Of a stretch of 64,000 bases of DNA, positions 29,859-40,376 are shown one piece after another. Within the stretch, counting starts at the first letter, position 1; each line of letters begins with the position of its first letter. A model generated the notes under the pieces. It saw only the letters and a list, made by a program, of their open reading frames with translations, did not search any database and was not told where the DNA came from. Origin of the DNA: Patescibacteria group bacterium. Its GTDB lineage: Bacteria > Patescibacteriota > Patescibacteriia > Magasanikbacterales > GWA2-37-8. The translations under genes and the position numbers were made by a program. The DNA lies in NCBI GenBank assembly GCA_041651015.1, contig JBAZKA010000001.1, positions 205,158 to 269,157 on the forward strand, read 5' to 3'.

Positions 29859-29884
29859 ATTCAGTGATTATTTTTTTGAAAAAA

Positions 29885-30355
29885 TTATGCTTCAATTTCT
29901 ATGATTGTATATTTTTGCGTGCCGGCCGGTGTAGCTACCTCAACCACATCATCAATTGATTTACCAAGAAACGCTTGGCCCAATGGTGATTCATTGGAGA
30001 TTTTTCCTTTGAACGGGTCAGCTTCTTGGGGCCCGACAATTGTGTATTTTTTTGTTTTATCGCCGGTTTTCGCAATGACAGTGTTGCCGATCAGAACCTC
30101 GTCATTTTTTTTGCGGTCGCCGTTTATTAAAATAGCATTTGATAATATTTGATCAAGTTCAAGCATGCGTCCTTGCGCCCAAGCCATGTCTTCTTTGGCC
30201 TGGTGATATTCGGCATTTTCCGAAAGATCGCCTTGTTGTTTGGCTTCATCAATGCGATTGGCGATCTCGGGAATTTTTTTATTTTTAAGATTATCCAATT
30301 CTGTTTTGAGCAAGGCATAACTTTCCTCGGACACGTATTGCGCTTTATCAGACAT
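29885..30355 (-). CDS. greA: Transcription elongation factor GreA
   Basis: GDLSENAEYH, ISNESPLG; greA-lysS synteny. Confidence 0.95.
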   Translation of the reverse strand: MSDKAQYVSEESYALLKTELDNLKNKKIPEIANRIDEAKQQGDLSENAEYHQAKEDMAWAQGRMLELDQILSNAILINGDRKKNDEVLIGNTVIAKTGDKTKKYTIVGPQEADPFKGKISNESPLGQAFLGKSIDDVVEVATPAGTQKYTIIEIEA

Positions 30356-30413
30356 AATATTAATCAATTAAATACAGATACCCGATTCAATATGGATATC
30401 CGTTTATGCATAA

Positions 30414-30441
30414 ATTATAACACATCGTGGAACTCCGTCAA
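30414..30441 (-). promoter_or_regulatory. greA-lysS-serS promoter
   Basis: Minus strand TTGACG-N16-TATAAT with TG extension. Confidence 0.6.
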
Positions 30442-30455
30442 ATTATTTATCCCCA

Positions 30456-32444
30456 TTATTTAAGGTATTTTTTACCCCACCAAGCCAAAAAATCTCGAGC
30501 AATCGGCTGGGCGGCGGTTGAACCCTCTTTGCCTTCCTCCACCAAAATTGCCACAACGATTTCGGGGTTATTAAACGGGGCAAACGCAGTAAACCAAGCA
30601 TGATTTTCTCTGCTGGCATTCCATTGTGCTGTTCCGGTTTTCCCGGCTGAGGTAAAAGGCAATGATTTTAAGAGCTGGCAACTACCGGAAAGTACGCATT
30701 CTCTCATCCCCTGCTGAACGATGGATATGTTGGCCGTTGAAACAATATTTTCATTGTTAATTATTATTTTTGTTGAAGTTGCTTCCTTGCTAACCGGATT
30801 CACTGTCGCGGCCACAATTCTCGGCGCGAGCACCTTTCCACCATTGGCGATAGCCGATGTCCAAACTGCGGCCTGAAGAGGCGTGACCAATAAATCACCT
30901 TCTCCGATGGATAAATTATATGTATCACCGACATACCACTGCTCTTTTTTAGTCTCTTCTTTCCATTGCTTGCTCGGTAAAAACCCTCCGCTTTCGCCGG
31001 GTAGATCAATGCCGGTTTTACTCGCTAAATTAAAATTCTTGAGATACTTTACGATTTTATCCGCGCCCAAGCCAATAAAATTTTTGTAACCGCCGCCGAT
31101 ATAGTAAAAAAAAGTATTAACAGACCACGCCAAGGCCTTGGTGACATTGGTCGCACCATGCCCGCCAAGCTTCCAATCTTTAAAGATCCATTTATCTATG
31201 GTAATACTGCCGGTAGAAAGAATTGTGGTATTTTTTGTAATGATTCCTTCTTGAAGGGCTGCCGCGGCAAGCAGTGGCTTTACAATTGATCCGGATGGAT
31301 ATGTGCCGGCTATGGCACGATTAAACAATGGATTGTTTTTGTTTGATAAGTATCCGTTATATTTTTCCGAGGAAATTCCACCGGAAAAATCGTTGTTGTC
31401 GTATGACGGCCAGCTGACTATGGCCAAGACCTCTCCGGTTTCGGGATTCATGGCGATGCCGGCAGCGCGATTCCAATTATTTTTTTGTAATGATGCGGCG
31501 ATTAATTCTTCCATTTTTTGTTGGGCCTCCAAGTCAACTGAAAGAATTAAGTGGTTGCCCGGCACCGGAGATTCTTCAGCCAGAACCTTTTGTTCTCGTC
31601 CCAATGCGTCAACCTCTATTTTTTGACGACCGTATGTGCCGCGCAAAAGGGATTCGTATTGATTTTCCAGACCGTCCTTGCCAATATAATCCGATGTTAG
31701 ATAACCGAGTTCTTTGCCGCTATCCAACTCTTCATCGTTTACTTTTCCCAAATAGCCGATTACGTGTGATAAGGAAAATAATGTTGATGTTGCATTTTTT
31801 TCGGCGCCGACTGTTCGGTACAAACGTTTTGTGCCTTTTTCAATAACTATTCCAGGTAAATCGGCATTCTGTATATACAACGATAGCGCCGTCTCATAAT
31901 CTAGATTATCCTTTACCACCAGCGATTCATAACTATAGGCGCCGTATTTTGCCAAGAGAGTTTCAATATCAAGGGCGGGAATGCCGCTAATGCCGGCTAT
32001 GCGATCAATTACTAGTTTTTTCTCGCTGGCAATCTGAGGCAAATCTTGAGGCACGATAGTCAAAGAAAAACTCGGAATATTTTCCACTAACTGGCGCCCC
32101 TCTCGATCGTAAATTAAACCGCGCTCGGAAGCGATCGGTTTGAGACGGACGCGATTATTTTCCGCCAGATCGCGAAAATGGCCACCCATTACCGCTTGTA
32201 AATAAAAGGAACGGCCAAAAATTACAGCGATTCCGATAACCGTCAAGACCGATAATATCAGGATCTTTTTGCGCGAGATACTGCAACCGATAAAGTTTCG
32301 CGTTTCCGCTACATGAATTTCGTGTCCGTTTTTTGAAAATTTTGAAAAGTTTGTTTCCACCCAATCATGTTTATATTTGCCAAAAAGATCCGCGTCGCCA
32401 ACGGGATCTTTGGATTTATAATCAAATATTTGGTCGCCGCTCAT
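30456..32444 (-). CDS. mrdA: Penicillin-binding protein 2
   Basis: RGLIYDR, SxxK (SIVK), SxN (SVN), KTGT; downstream of mreBCD. Confidence 0.92.
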   Translation of the reverse strand: MSGDQIFDYKSKDPVGDADLFGKYKHDWVETNFSKFSKNGHEIHVAETRNFIGCSISRKKILILSVLTVIGIAVIFGRSFYLQAVMGGHFRDLAENNRVRLKPIASERGLIYDREGRQLVENIPSFSLTIVPQDLPQIASEKKLVIDRIAGISGIPALDIETLLAKYGAYSYESLVVKDNLDYETALSLYIQNADLPGIVIEKGTKRLYRTVGAEKNATSTLFSLSHVIGYLGKVNDEELDSGKELGYLTSDYIGKDGLENQYESLLRGTYGRQKIEVDALGREQKVLAEESPVPGNHLILSVDLEAQQKMEELIAASLQKNNWNRAAGIAMNPETGEVLAIVSWPSYDNNDFSGGISSEKYNGYLSNKNNPLFNRAIAGTYPSGSIVKPLLAAAALQEGIITKNTTILSTGSITIDKWIFKDWKLGGHGATNVTKALAWSVNTFFYYIGGGYKNFIGLGADKIVKYLKNFNLASKTGIDLPGESGGFLPSKQWKEETKKEQWYVGDTYNLSIGEGDLLVTPLQAAVWTSAIANGGKVLAPRIVAATVNPVSKEATSTKIIINNENIVSTANISIVQQGMRECVLSGSCQLLKSLPFTSAGKTGTAQWNASRENHAWFTAFAPFNNPEIVVAILVEEGKEGSTAAQPIARDFLAWWGKKYLK

Positions 32445-32447
32445 AGT

Positions 32448-32987
32448 TTAATAATCATTTATGACGTATCGTGGATTTAGCTTCCGTAAAAACAATGAGG
32501 CCGCAATGTAAATTAAAGTTAAAGCGCTGGCATTCATAATAATTTCTTGGCCAAAACCCAGCAGAGCGGCGGAGTTGATCACAAAAGAGCCTTCGGCGAT
32601 GGCGCGCCAAAAATACGATAAAATTATATAAAATAATCTATAGGAAAATACTCCGATTATTCCGGCAATAAAAACAATCATGAAGAATCTATTGGTCAAA
32701 ACATTCACGAGTAACCATTCTAAAATAAACATGGAAACGAGGAGCGATGCAGTCATAAAGCCAAAAGGCGTGACGTGGAATAATTCAGTTAAAAGCGATA
32801 AACCAAATAAATACGGAAGAAAATCTTTTGCGATGGAAAACACCAGAGCCGCCATCATAGCCAGAAGAATAACATTGATTTTGTTAAAAGGCACCGGCAA
32901 GAGATTGGAAATAAAAATTTGTATAATAAACAATATTGTCATGAATAAAATTCTGGAAATAACCAGCAATATTGTTTTTGCTTTCAT
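32448..32987 (-). CDS. mreD: Rod shape-determining protein MreD-like
   Basis: Multi-TM protein of about 180 aa between mreC and mrdA (assigned by synteny). Confidence 0.6.
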   Translation of the reverse strand: MKAKTILLVISRILFMTILFIIQIFISNLLPVPFNKINVILLAMMAALVFSIAKDFLPYLFGLSLLTELFHVTPFGFMTASLLVSMFILEWLLVNVLTNRFFMIVFIAGIIGVFSYRLFYIILSYFWRAIAEGSFVINSAALLGFGQEIIMNASALTLIYIAASLFLRKLNPRYVINDY

Positions 32988-32990
32988 AAT

Positions 32991-33797
32991 TTATTCGGTT
33001 CGCAAAACGGAAACCAGTGTTAATTTATCCAAATCAGTACCCGGAGTCAACACGGCGGATTGAAATGGACGGTATGTTTCGTTTTCTATGGCCGTGACCG
33101 TACCGATAAGCAGGCCCCTCGTGATTCCAGTCTCCAAACCGGAGGTGACGATCGCGTCACCCACCTGGATATTCTCATTGCGAGGGATAAAATTCATTTT
33201 GACCGATAACCCGTAACCACCCTCAACCACACCTAAACTTTTATCGGTATTTAGTATCGCGCCGGCAATCTTTGATTGACTATCGTTAATCAGACGCACA
33301 ATGGACATATCGTTTTCAACTTTAATTATTTTTCCGATCAATATTCCATCGCCGACGATTACCGGCATGTCCTTGGCCACGCCGTCTTTTGCGCCAGTAT
33401 CAATAATGAGTGCTTGGTCGGTTTGTTCAATATTTTTTCCCACCACGCGCGAGACAATCGGAATAATTTTTGTTTTTTCTTTAAAATTTAGAGTAGCGCG
33501 CAAATTATCATTCTCTTCTTGGAGCAGATAAATTTTGGATGATTCAACAGCAGAACTTTCAATTTGATTTCGGCATTCGTTGTAAGCGATAAAAAAACCA
33601 TCCTTATTTTTAAAGAACTCGTAGCCCTCCCCCACTTTTACGCTTATACCGCTTGACTTTATAAATATCGGCGCAAAAATATTGCGCAGGCCGGATTTAA
33701 CGGGATTTAACCAGCCGAGCTGATTAAAAAAAACGAGCAACACCAGTATTGCCCCAAATACAATATACATTTTGTCGCGTCGTTTGTTAAATTTCAT
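32991..33797 (-). CDS. mreC: Rod shape-determining protein MreC
   Basis: LQEENDNLR, IDTGAKDGV, GDAIVTSGL..GLLIG. Start set at ATG 33797. Confidence 0.9.
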   Translation of the reverse strand: MKFNKRRDKMYIVFGAILVLLVFFNQLGWLNPVKSGLRNIFAPIFIKSSGISVKVGEGYEFFKNKDGFFIAYNECRNQIESSAVESSKIYLLQEENDNLRATLNFKEKTKIIPIVSRVVGKNIEQTDQALIIDTGAKDGVAKDMPVIVGDGILIGKIIKVENDMSIVRLINDSQSKIAGAILNTDKSLGVVEGGYGLSVKMNFIPRNENIQVGDAIVTSGLETGITRGLLIGTVTAIENETYRPFQSAVLTPGTDLDKLTLVSVLRTE

Positions 33798-33850
33798 AAT
33801 TCCATGATATTCGTATAATTCGTATGCATTAGTATATTTGCATCGCAAAA

Positions 33851-34897
33851 TTACTCTCCTCGGCGATTGGGATATACCGCCACTTCTTCCAACAATCGCG
33901 CGTCATCAAGTAAAATTGAGGCCCCGCGTACCACGGCCGTAAGCGGATCGTCTGCAATGCGCACGGGAATTTGCGTGGCGCGCATAATTAATTGGTCAAT
34001 CCCGCGCAACAGTGCGCCGCCACCGGTAAGCAAAATTCCGCGTTCATGAATATCAGCCACTAATTCCGGCGGAGTCACTTCCAGTGTGCCTTTAATATTT
34101 TCCACAATGACGCGGAGCGAACGCGAAAGCGCTTCGCGCACTTCGGCGTCGCTAATCATTACTTCTTTCGGCAAACCGGTCACCATGTCTCTGCCTCGCA
34201 TCGGATAAACCATGCGTTCCTGCATTTCCACGGCCGAGCCGATTTTGATTTTAATTTCTTCGGCTTGGCGTTCGCCGACTAAAAGATTAAACATCTCTCG
34301 GGCGTATTGAGAAATATTATAATTAAATTCATCGCCGGCTATCTTAATTGATTTCCATTTTACCACACCGCTCAAAGATATTACCGCAATTTCAGTCGTC
34401 CCCCCGCCAATATCTACAATGAAATTTCCGACCGGTTCGGTAATCGGCATGCGCGAACCTACGGCCGCGGCCATTGGTTCCTCCACGATAAATACTTCAC
34501 TCGCTCCGGAATTTAGCAAAGCGTCACTTACGGCTTTGCGCTCAACTTCAGTAATATCAATCGGGGCGCCTACCACCACGCGCGGACGCGTCATAAAAGA
34601 AAAAGAGCCCTCATGAACTTTATCAATAAAATGTTTGAGCATTTTTTCCGTCACTTCAAAATCAGCAATAATTCCCCCGATTAAAGGACGTGATGTAATG
34701 ATGTGAGGCGGAGTTTTACCCAGCATTTCCTTGGCTTCGTTGCCTACTGCTAAGATTTGTTCAGTGCGAGTGTTGACAGCAACAACTGACGGTTCGTTGA
34801 TAATAATACCGCGGCCCTTTACATAAACCAAGGTATTGGCCGTGCCCAGGTCAATGCCCAAGTCTTTGCGGAATTTATTAAAAAAATTATTTAACAT
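33851..34897 (-). CDS. mreB: Rod shape-determining protein MreB
   Basis: GIDLGTANT, VDIGGGTTE, LTGGGALL. Confidence 0.95.
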   Translation of the reverse strand: MLNNFFNKFRKDLGIDLGTANTLVYVKGRGIIINEPSVVAVNTRTEQILAVGNEAKEMLGKTPPHIITSRPLIGGIIADFEVTEKMLKHFIDKVHEGSFSFMTRPRVVVGAPIDITEVERKAVSDALLNSGASEVFIVEEPMAAAVGSRMPITEPVGNFIVDIGGGTTEIAVISLSGVVKWKSIKIAGDEFNYNISQYAREMFNLLVGERQAEEIKIKIGSAVEMQERMVYPMRGRDMVTGLPKEVMISDAEVREALSRSLRVIVENIKGTLEVTPPELVADIHERGILLTGGGALLRGIDQLIMRATQIPVRIADDPLTAVVRGASILLDDARLLEEVAVYPNRRGE

Positions 34898-35288
34898 AAT
34901 CTTGATTCTGATATTTGCGATTGGTAAAAATTAATCCTTCGGTAAACGCGTATAAAGTGACAAGCAAAGCAAAGTTCCACCAAGTCAAAAGTTTAATTTG
35001 AGCAAGAATTAAAACAATAATGCAAAATACGGAAAAAATAAAACCTTGGCGAAAATTCTTTTTCATATGGCGAAAAACAGCGTCTTCATTTTTGATGATT
35101 TTTGCGCGAATAATAAACCCGACTAAAGTAAATGTGCCAAGCAAAGACAAAAAAAGACTGACATAAAAAAAAGCAAAACCGAGAAATCCGGCCGCGTTCG
35201 GATCAAAAAATAATATTACCGTAAGCCAAATTAACCACGAAATAATCGTGGCTCCGGTCATAATAGCAAGGTATTGGCGAAGTGACAT
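34887..35288 (-). CDS. Hypothetical 4-TM membrane protein, first gene of the mre operon
   Basis: Hydrophobic ORF overlapping the mreB start, with a promoter just upstream. Confidence 0.75.
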   Translation of the reverse strand: MSLRQYLAIMTGATIISWLIWLTVILFFDPNAAGFLGFAFFYVSLFLSLLGTFTLVGFIIRAKIIKNEDAVFRHMKKNFRQGFIFSVFCIIVLILAQIKLLTWWNFALLVTLYAFTEGLIFTNRKYQNQDYVK

Positions 35289-35297
35289 ATTTCCTAT

Positions 35298-35326
35298 ACT
35301 TTATCAGATTAACCCTTATTTGGCAA
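35298..35326 (-). promoter_or_regulatory. mre operon promoter
   Basis: Minus strand TTGCCA-N17-TAAAGT. Confidence 0.5.
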
Positions 35327-35335
35327 GGATAAGAA

Positions 35336-35626
35336 CTACGACACGATAATTATTTTATTTACGGCCTGACCACCGAATTTTTCGTTAATTTTGGCGATAA
35401 TTTCACTTTCGCGCATCTTAATTTCCAGAGCCGCGCCCGAACCGCTGGCGTGAATACCAAGCGTGCCGTTTTTGATGTAGACTGCCTCTAAATATGTCCG
35501 GCAATCCGGCCCAAAAAAATCCACTAAGACAGTGTTGGCGTCTTCAACTACCATGGCTGCGGCCGCCCCGCGCATGGTCGGTGATTCATTCTTTTTTCCG
35601 CTAAATATAGAAAATAAAGATTGCAT
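35336..35626 (-). CDS. DciA/DUF721 family protein
   Basis: AVYIKNGTLGIHA...AALEIKMRESEIIAKINEKFG...VNKI fits the KH-like DciA fold. Confidence 0.7.
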   Translation of the reverse strand: MQSLFSIFSGKKNESPTMRGAAAAMVVEDANTVLVDFFGPDCRTYLEAVYIKNGTLGIHASGSGAALEIKMRESEIIAKINEKFGGQAVNKIIIVS

Positions 35627-35631
35627 ATGCA

Positions 35632-38562
35632 TTATGCGCGATGGTCGCAAATATCCCGGTATTCGCAAAAATCACAAGTGTGCTTTTCGGGCGCGGCCGT
35701 AAAATCTCGGGCATTAATTCGTTCAAATATTTCCGTAAGTTTGGTCTCCAACTTGATAATGTCCTTTTCAGCGCCTATAAATGATTGCCGGCTTTGGTCG
35801 GTTAGATATATATAAGTCAATTTCTCCGGCTTGCCATACTGATTGTACTCAGGCAGTTCAGACACCGCCATTTGATAAACCAGGAGCTGTTCTTTATCCT
35901 CGGTATCCAATTTTTCCTTTGGCTTACCGGTTTTGTAATCAAATATTTCCAACATTCCCCCGGCGCTTACGTCCACCCGATCAATTTTTCCGGAAATTAA
36001 ATGCCCGCCGATTTTTATTTTAAATCCTTTTTCCAAGGCCACCGGCATTGTCCACAGGCCTTCGTTTGATTTATAAAAATTTTTTAGGATTTCAATTCCT
36101 TTATCATAATACTCCTCTCGTTGTTTGGCGCTTTTATACCAATCCGGTATCCAATAATCTTTGTAAATTTGCAATAGCTCATCCAAGGCAGGTGCCTTGA
36201 CACCGCCCGCGTTTTTTGTCGCAGTGGTCAAACCAAATAGCGAGGTTTGTTCGGCTGAATTTAATTCATGAACTCGTGAATAAAATTTATGTAAGACATT
36301 GTGCATCACTGACCCGAAAGTCAAACTGGGGCTGCCTTCCGATGGAATTTGCAGAATTGTTTTAAGTTTATATTTATATGGACACGCTTCGTATGTTTGG
36401 ACTTGAGAAAAAGAAAATACCTCGGGGATTTGGTAAACAAGTTCGCCTTTGGTTGGGGCTTCATTTAACGAAATAATTTTTGACAGCTTTTCATTATTTG
36501 CATCTGCCATGACATTAAATCCAAGTTCACTCAAGAAACGCGATATTTTTTTGTCGCGGGCCCCGCCGTAATTGTCAGCGCTGGTCAAGTACAAAAGTTC
36601 CTTAGCGCGAGTCATGGCCACATACATCAATCGGCGTTCTTCTTGGTAGTGAACATCGCCCTCAGGCAAATGCTCTTTGATTAATTCCAATGGAATTTGA
36701 ATCGCGTCGTCGCCGCGACGGCGGAGAGGGAATCTCTCCTCCACTAAATTTACGACAAAGACATACTTATACTCCAAACCCTTGGACATGTGCACAGTCA
36801 TAATATTCACCGAATCAGGCGTGTCTTCGGGTTGTTTAATAATTCCCGTGTCCCCTGATTCCAAAACATCATTAAAGTGTGCCAAAAAATCTTTGACATT
36901 TGCGTCCGCGGTCATGGATTCGTAATTTTTTACGTATTCAAAAAATTGGTTAAGATGGTGGATGTCGCGAATAATATTACGGTCGCCTTTGTCCTCTCCT
37001 TGCGTCAGATATTTCAAATATTTTGATTCATCCAAAAACTTGTACAGTGTTTGCGTTGGTTTTTCATTGCGGGCGATTTTTATGCCATTGTGAATAATTG
37101 AAAGAAGTTGTTGCGCGCTTGCTTCGCCGGATTGAGAGATATCAATTTCAGCCGAACGCTTGAGCGCTTCATAGTAGGATATTGTTTTTTTCTTCGCGAA
37201 TAGAGTAATCTTTTGCAAATCGTTTTCGCTCATTGTCAACATTGGCATTTTTAGCAAACGATAGATTGACGCCGATTCATGGTAATTATCAATGACTTTG
37301 AAAAAGTTTAACGCGTCCAAAACAATTCGTTCGCGATAAAGACCGGCCGCGGCCAAAAATTCATAGGGAATACCTTGGCGTTGAAACTCATTTACAAACG
37401 GTTCAACGTGGCTGTTGGCCCGGACGAGAATCGCAAAATCATCCCAAGACGCAGATTTGTCGTGTTTTTTAATTTTGAGTATTTCTTCGGCCACAAATTT
37501 TGTCTCTTCGTCAATTGTGCGCGAGTGAGAATGAATAACGCGCTCAGCCTTGCCGACAAAATCTATTTTGGATAAAAGTTTTTTATCAATTTTAAGTTTG
37601 GCTTCCAAACGGTCGGGATTATTATTTTGGATTAACTCATATGATTTTTCCAAAATTTCCTGAGCTGAACGATAATTTTCATTTAAAATAATTTCTGAAG
37701 CATCGGCAAAATCCTCTTTAAACCGTAAAATGTTTGCCACAGACGCCCCGCGAAAAGCATAAATACTTTGGTCATCATCCCCCACTACCGTGAGTTGAGA
37801 TTGAGCGGCAATTTTTTTCACCAGAGTGTATTGGGCAAAATTTACGTCCTGAAATTCATCCACCAAAACAAATTTGAATTGATTTTGAATTTTTTTGAGA
37901 ATGGACGGGCGTGTGTCCAAAAGTTTGTTGACCCAATAAATCAAGTCGGCAAAATCCAAATAATTATTTTCCAAAAGCAGTTGATTATAAACATGAAAGG
38001 CATTGGCCACTTCGGATAATCGTCCACGCTCTTCATCGCCGGAAATATCCTTGTCCAAGATTGCGTTTTGCGCGTGCGCCAGATACTCATCCGGAGTAAT
38101 CATTTCATCTTTGCATTTATGAAAATGTTTGATTAGTTCGTGAATGTGCCTGGTCGGATTACCCAGCGGCCTATAATAATTCAAATTATATTTATCCAAA
38201 TTCTTGCGAATCAATAGCCACGCATCCGTATCAGTCAGAATATTAAATTTGTTCGGCAAACCAATGTCCAATCCGTATTGTTGCAATAATTTTTCACAAA
38301 AAGCGTGAAATGTGGCGATGTACATTTCCAGATATCCGGTTTCCATCATCTCATCAACCCGGGATTGCATTTCGGCCGCGGCTTTTTCATTGAAGGTTAA
38401 AGCCAAAATTTGTTCGGGTTTGGCGAGTTTGTTATCCAAAAGATATTTAATCTTTTGTGTGACAGCTGTGGTTTTGCCTGTGCCAGCGCCGGCCACTATG
38501 ATTAGCGGGCCTGAGACATGTTCAATCGCCTTTTTTTGGGCTGAGTTTAGCTTTTTATCCAT
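35632..38562 (-). CDS. UvrD/PcrA-like helicase fused to a PD-(D/E)xK nuclease with Fe-S cysteines
   Basis: AGAGTGKT, VDEFQD, VGDDDQSIYAFRG, NYRS, EERRLMYVAMTRA; C-terminal CPYKY...GKIDRVD...DYKTG...CDFCEYRDIC. Confidence 0.9.
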   Translation of the reverse strand: MDKKLNSAQKKAIEHVSGPLIIVAGAGTGKTTAVTQKIKYLLDNKLAKPEQILALTFNEKAAAEMQSRVDEMMETGYLEMYIATFHAFCEKLLQQYGLDIGLPNKFNILTDTDAWLLIRKNLDKYNLNYYRPLGNPTRHIHELIKHFHKCKDEMITPDEYLAHAQNAILDKDISGDEERGRLSEVANAFHVYNQLLLENNYLDFADLIYWVNKLLDTRPSILKKIQNQFKFVLVDEFQDVNFAQYTLVKKIAAQSQLTVVGDDDQSIYAFRGASVANILRFKEDFADASEIILNENYRSAQEILEKSYELIQNNNPDRLEAKLKIDKKLLSKIDFVGKAERVIHSHSRTIDEETKFVAEEILKIKKHDKSASWDDFAILVRANSHVEPFVNEFQRQGIPYEFLAAAGLYRERIVLDALNFFKVIDNYHESASIYRLLKMPMLTMSENDLQKITLFAKKKTISYYEALKRSAEIDISQSGEASAQQLLSIIHNGIKIARNEKPTQTLYKFLDESKYLKYLTQGEDKGDRNIIRDIHHLNQFFEYVKNYESMTADANVKDFLAHFNDVLESGDTGIIKQPEDTPDSVNIMTVHMSKGLEYKYVFVVNLVEERFPLRRRGDDAIQIPLELIKEHLPEGDVHYQEERRLMYVAMTRAKELLYLTSADNYGGARDKKISRFLSELGFNVMADANNEKLSKIISLNEAPTKGELVYQIPEVFSFSQVQTYEACPYKYKLKTILQIPSEGSPSLTFGSVMHNVLHKFYSRVHELNSAEQTSLFGLTTATKNAGGVKAPALDELLQIYKDYWIPDWYKSAKQREEYYDKGIEILKNFYKSNEGLWTMPVALEKGFKIKIGGHLISGKIDRVDVSAGGMLEIFDYKTGKPKEKLDTEDKEQLLVYQMAVSELPEYNQYGKPEKLTYIYLTDQSRQSFIGAEKDIIKLETKLTEIFERINARDFTAAPEKHTCDFCEYRDICDHRA

Positions 38563-38563
38563 A

Positions 38564-40318
38564 CTACTTTATAAAACCGCCGGCCTGAATACGCCACAAC
38601 TTCGCGTATAAACCGCATTTATTTTGCAACAATTCATCGTGATTACCCTGCTCCACCACTTCACCGTTCTTCATTACGATTATTCTATCCATTTTCATGA
38701 TAGTAGACAAGCGGTGCGCCACTACGACCACGGTTTTATCCGCAATGAGTTTATTAAGCGCGTCTTGAATCAATTTTTCCGATTCTGAATCCAAGCTGGA
38801 AGTGGCCTCATCTAAAACCAAAATCGGCGCATCAAACAATATGGCGCGAGCAATAGCAACGCGTTGGCGTTCTCCACCGGATAATTTCACACCTCGTTCC
38901 CCTACTTTTGTAGAGTATTTTTCCGGCAATTTATCTATGAATTCATGACAATGCGCGGTTTTGGCCGCTTCAATCACTTCGTCCTCGGTCGCGTCAGGTT
39001 TTCCATAACGAATATTTTCCAACAATGACCGATGAAATAGAATCGGATCTTGGGGTACTAAGGCCACGGTTTTCCACAAACTTTCCTGTTTGACTTTGGC
39101 GATATTTTGCCCGTCAATAAAAATCTTGCCACCGGCCACATCGTGCATACGGAGCAATAATTTTAAAATTGTGCTTTTCCCCGAGCCCGACGGGCCAACC
39201 AAGGCAATTTTTTCGCCCGGCTTAATGTCTAAATTGAATTTTTTTAATATGTAACGGGTTTTGTTGTAGCAAAAATCCACATCCTTAAATGTTATCTCGC
39301 CGGATTTATATTTTAAATCTTTTGCATTTGGCACGTCCACGATTTCATGCGGCGTCATAAACACCTCGGTCATTTCTTCGGCATTGGCAAAATCTTCGTA
39401 GGTTTTAACAATTAGGTGGCCAAACTGCCAAGAGTTATCCATAATCGTCAAAATGTATGCTTGCAATAAAGCAAAATCGCCGATAGTCATTGAGCCGTGA
39501 CGCCATAAAATATAGCCGACAAAATATATGCCTACTTGCAAAATAGCCACAAAGAACGAATTTATAGCCCAAAATGTTTCCGCCAAGCGCCATGATTTAC
39601 TCCTTAAATACCGCACTTCTTCATTGGAATTTCTATATGATTCGGCTTCACGGTCGCGACCGCAAAATAATTTAACATTAGCGTTATTGGTAATTGTATC
39701 GGAAAGCAATGCCGAATTTTTTGTATCAGCCTCGCTGGACAAAGTATCGTATTTGTATTTATATTTGGAAAAAACCAAATTTAAAATAGCCACAATAATT
39801 AACCACGCCAGCATGCCTAGACCGAGAAAAATGTTTTTATTTAAAAGTACGGCGATAATAATGACGGTAGTAATTATTATGTGACTAAAGTTGTAAAATA
39901 CTTTATCAGCCAATGATTCAAAAGCATGGGTATAGCGATTAACTTTTTTTACCAATGAACCGACAAAGGTATTATTAAAATATCCAAATGAGTGTCTTTG
40001 CAGATAGGCAAAACAGCTATTGGCAATGTCTGCCATTATCTTTGGCTCCAAATAAACAAATATAAAACCGTGTGTTCTAAAAAATATCCATTGAATAAAT
40101 TTCCAAAAAGCCATCATGGTCAGCACGCCAATGATCGCGCTGGACACATCACCGGAGGCATTGGATAAAATATCAATGAATTTTTTTAGATACAAAGGCA
40201 GGATGGCATCAATGGTCGGAATCACTATCGCGGAGATTACAATAGCGACGAAAAACAATTTATATTTCATCGCATGGCGCCAATAAATTTTTATCGTTTC
40301 TTTGGTCTTGGTTTGCAT
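38564..40318 (-). CDS. ABC exporter, fused TMD + NBD (ATM1/MsbA-like)
   Basis: N-terminal TM domain, GPSGSGKST, VPQDPILFH, LSGGERQR, LDEATS. Confidence 0.9.
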   Translation of the reverse strand: MQTKTKETIKIYWRHAMKYKLFFVAIVISAIVIPTIDAILPLYLKKFIDILSNASGDVSSAIIGVLTMMAFWKFIQWIFFRTHGFIFVYLEPKIMADIANSCFAYLQRHSFGYFNNTFVGSLVKKVNRYTHAFESLADKVFYNFSHIIITTVIIIAVLLNKNIFLGLGMLAWLIIVAILNLVFSKYKYKYDTLSSEADTKNSALLSDTITNNANVKLFCGRDREAESYRNSNEEVRYLRSKSWRLAETFWAINSFFVAILQVGIYFVGYILWRHGSMTIGDFALLQAYILTIMDNSWQFGHLIVKTYEDFANAEEMTEVFMTPHEIVDVPNAKDLKYKSGEITFKDVDFCYNKTRYILKKFNLDIKPGEKIALVGPSGSGKSTILKLLLRMHDVAGGKIFIDGQNIAKVKQESLWKTVALVPQDPILFHRSLLENIRYGKPDATEDEVIEAAKTAHCHEFIDKLPEKYSTKVGERGVKLSGGERQRVAIARAILFDAPILVLDEATSSLDSESEKLIQDALNKLIADKTVVVVAHRLSTIMKMDRIIVMKNGEVVEQGNHDELLQNKCGLYAKLWRIQAGGFIK

Positions 40319-40376
40319 AATTAACTCAAAACATCCATACAAATATGGATGACGCGAATTTAAATTTTAAACTTAT

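Noticed and set aside
34889-34916. ATTTAACATAA, a perfect match to the XerD arm of dif
   Set aside because: It coincides with the mreB start (ATG TTA AAT) and the XerC arm is poor; probably chance.
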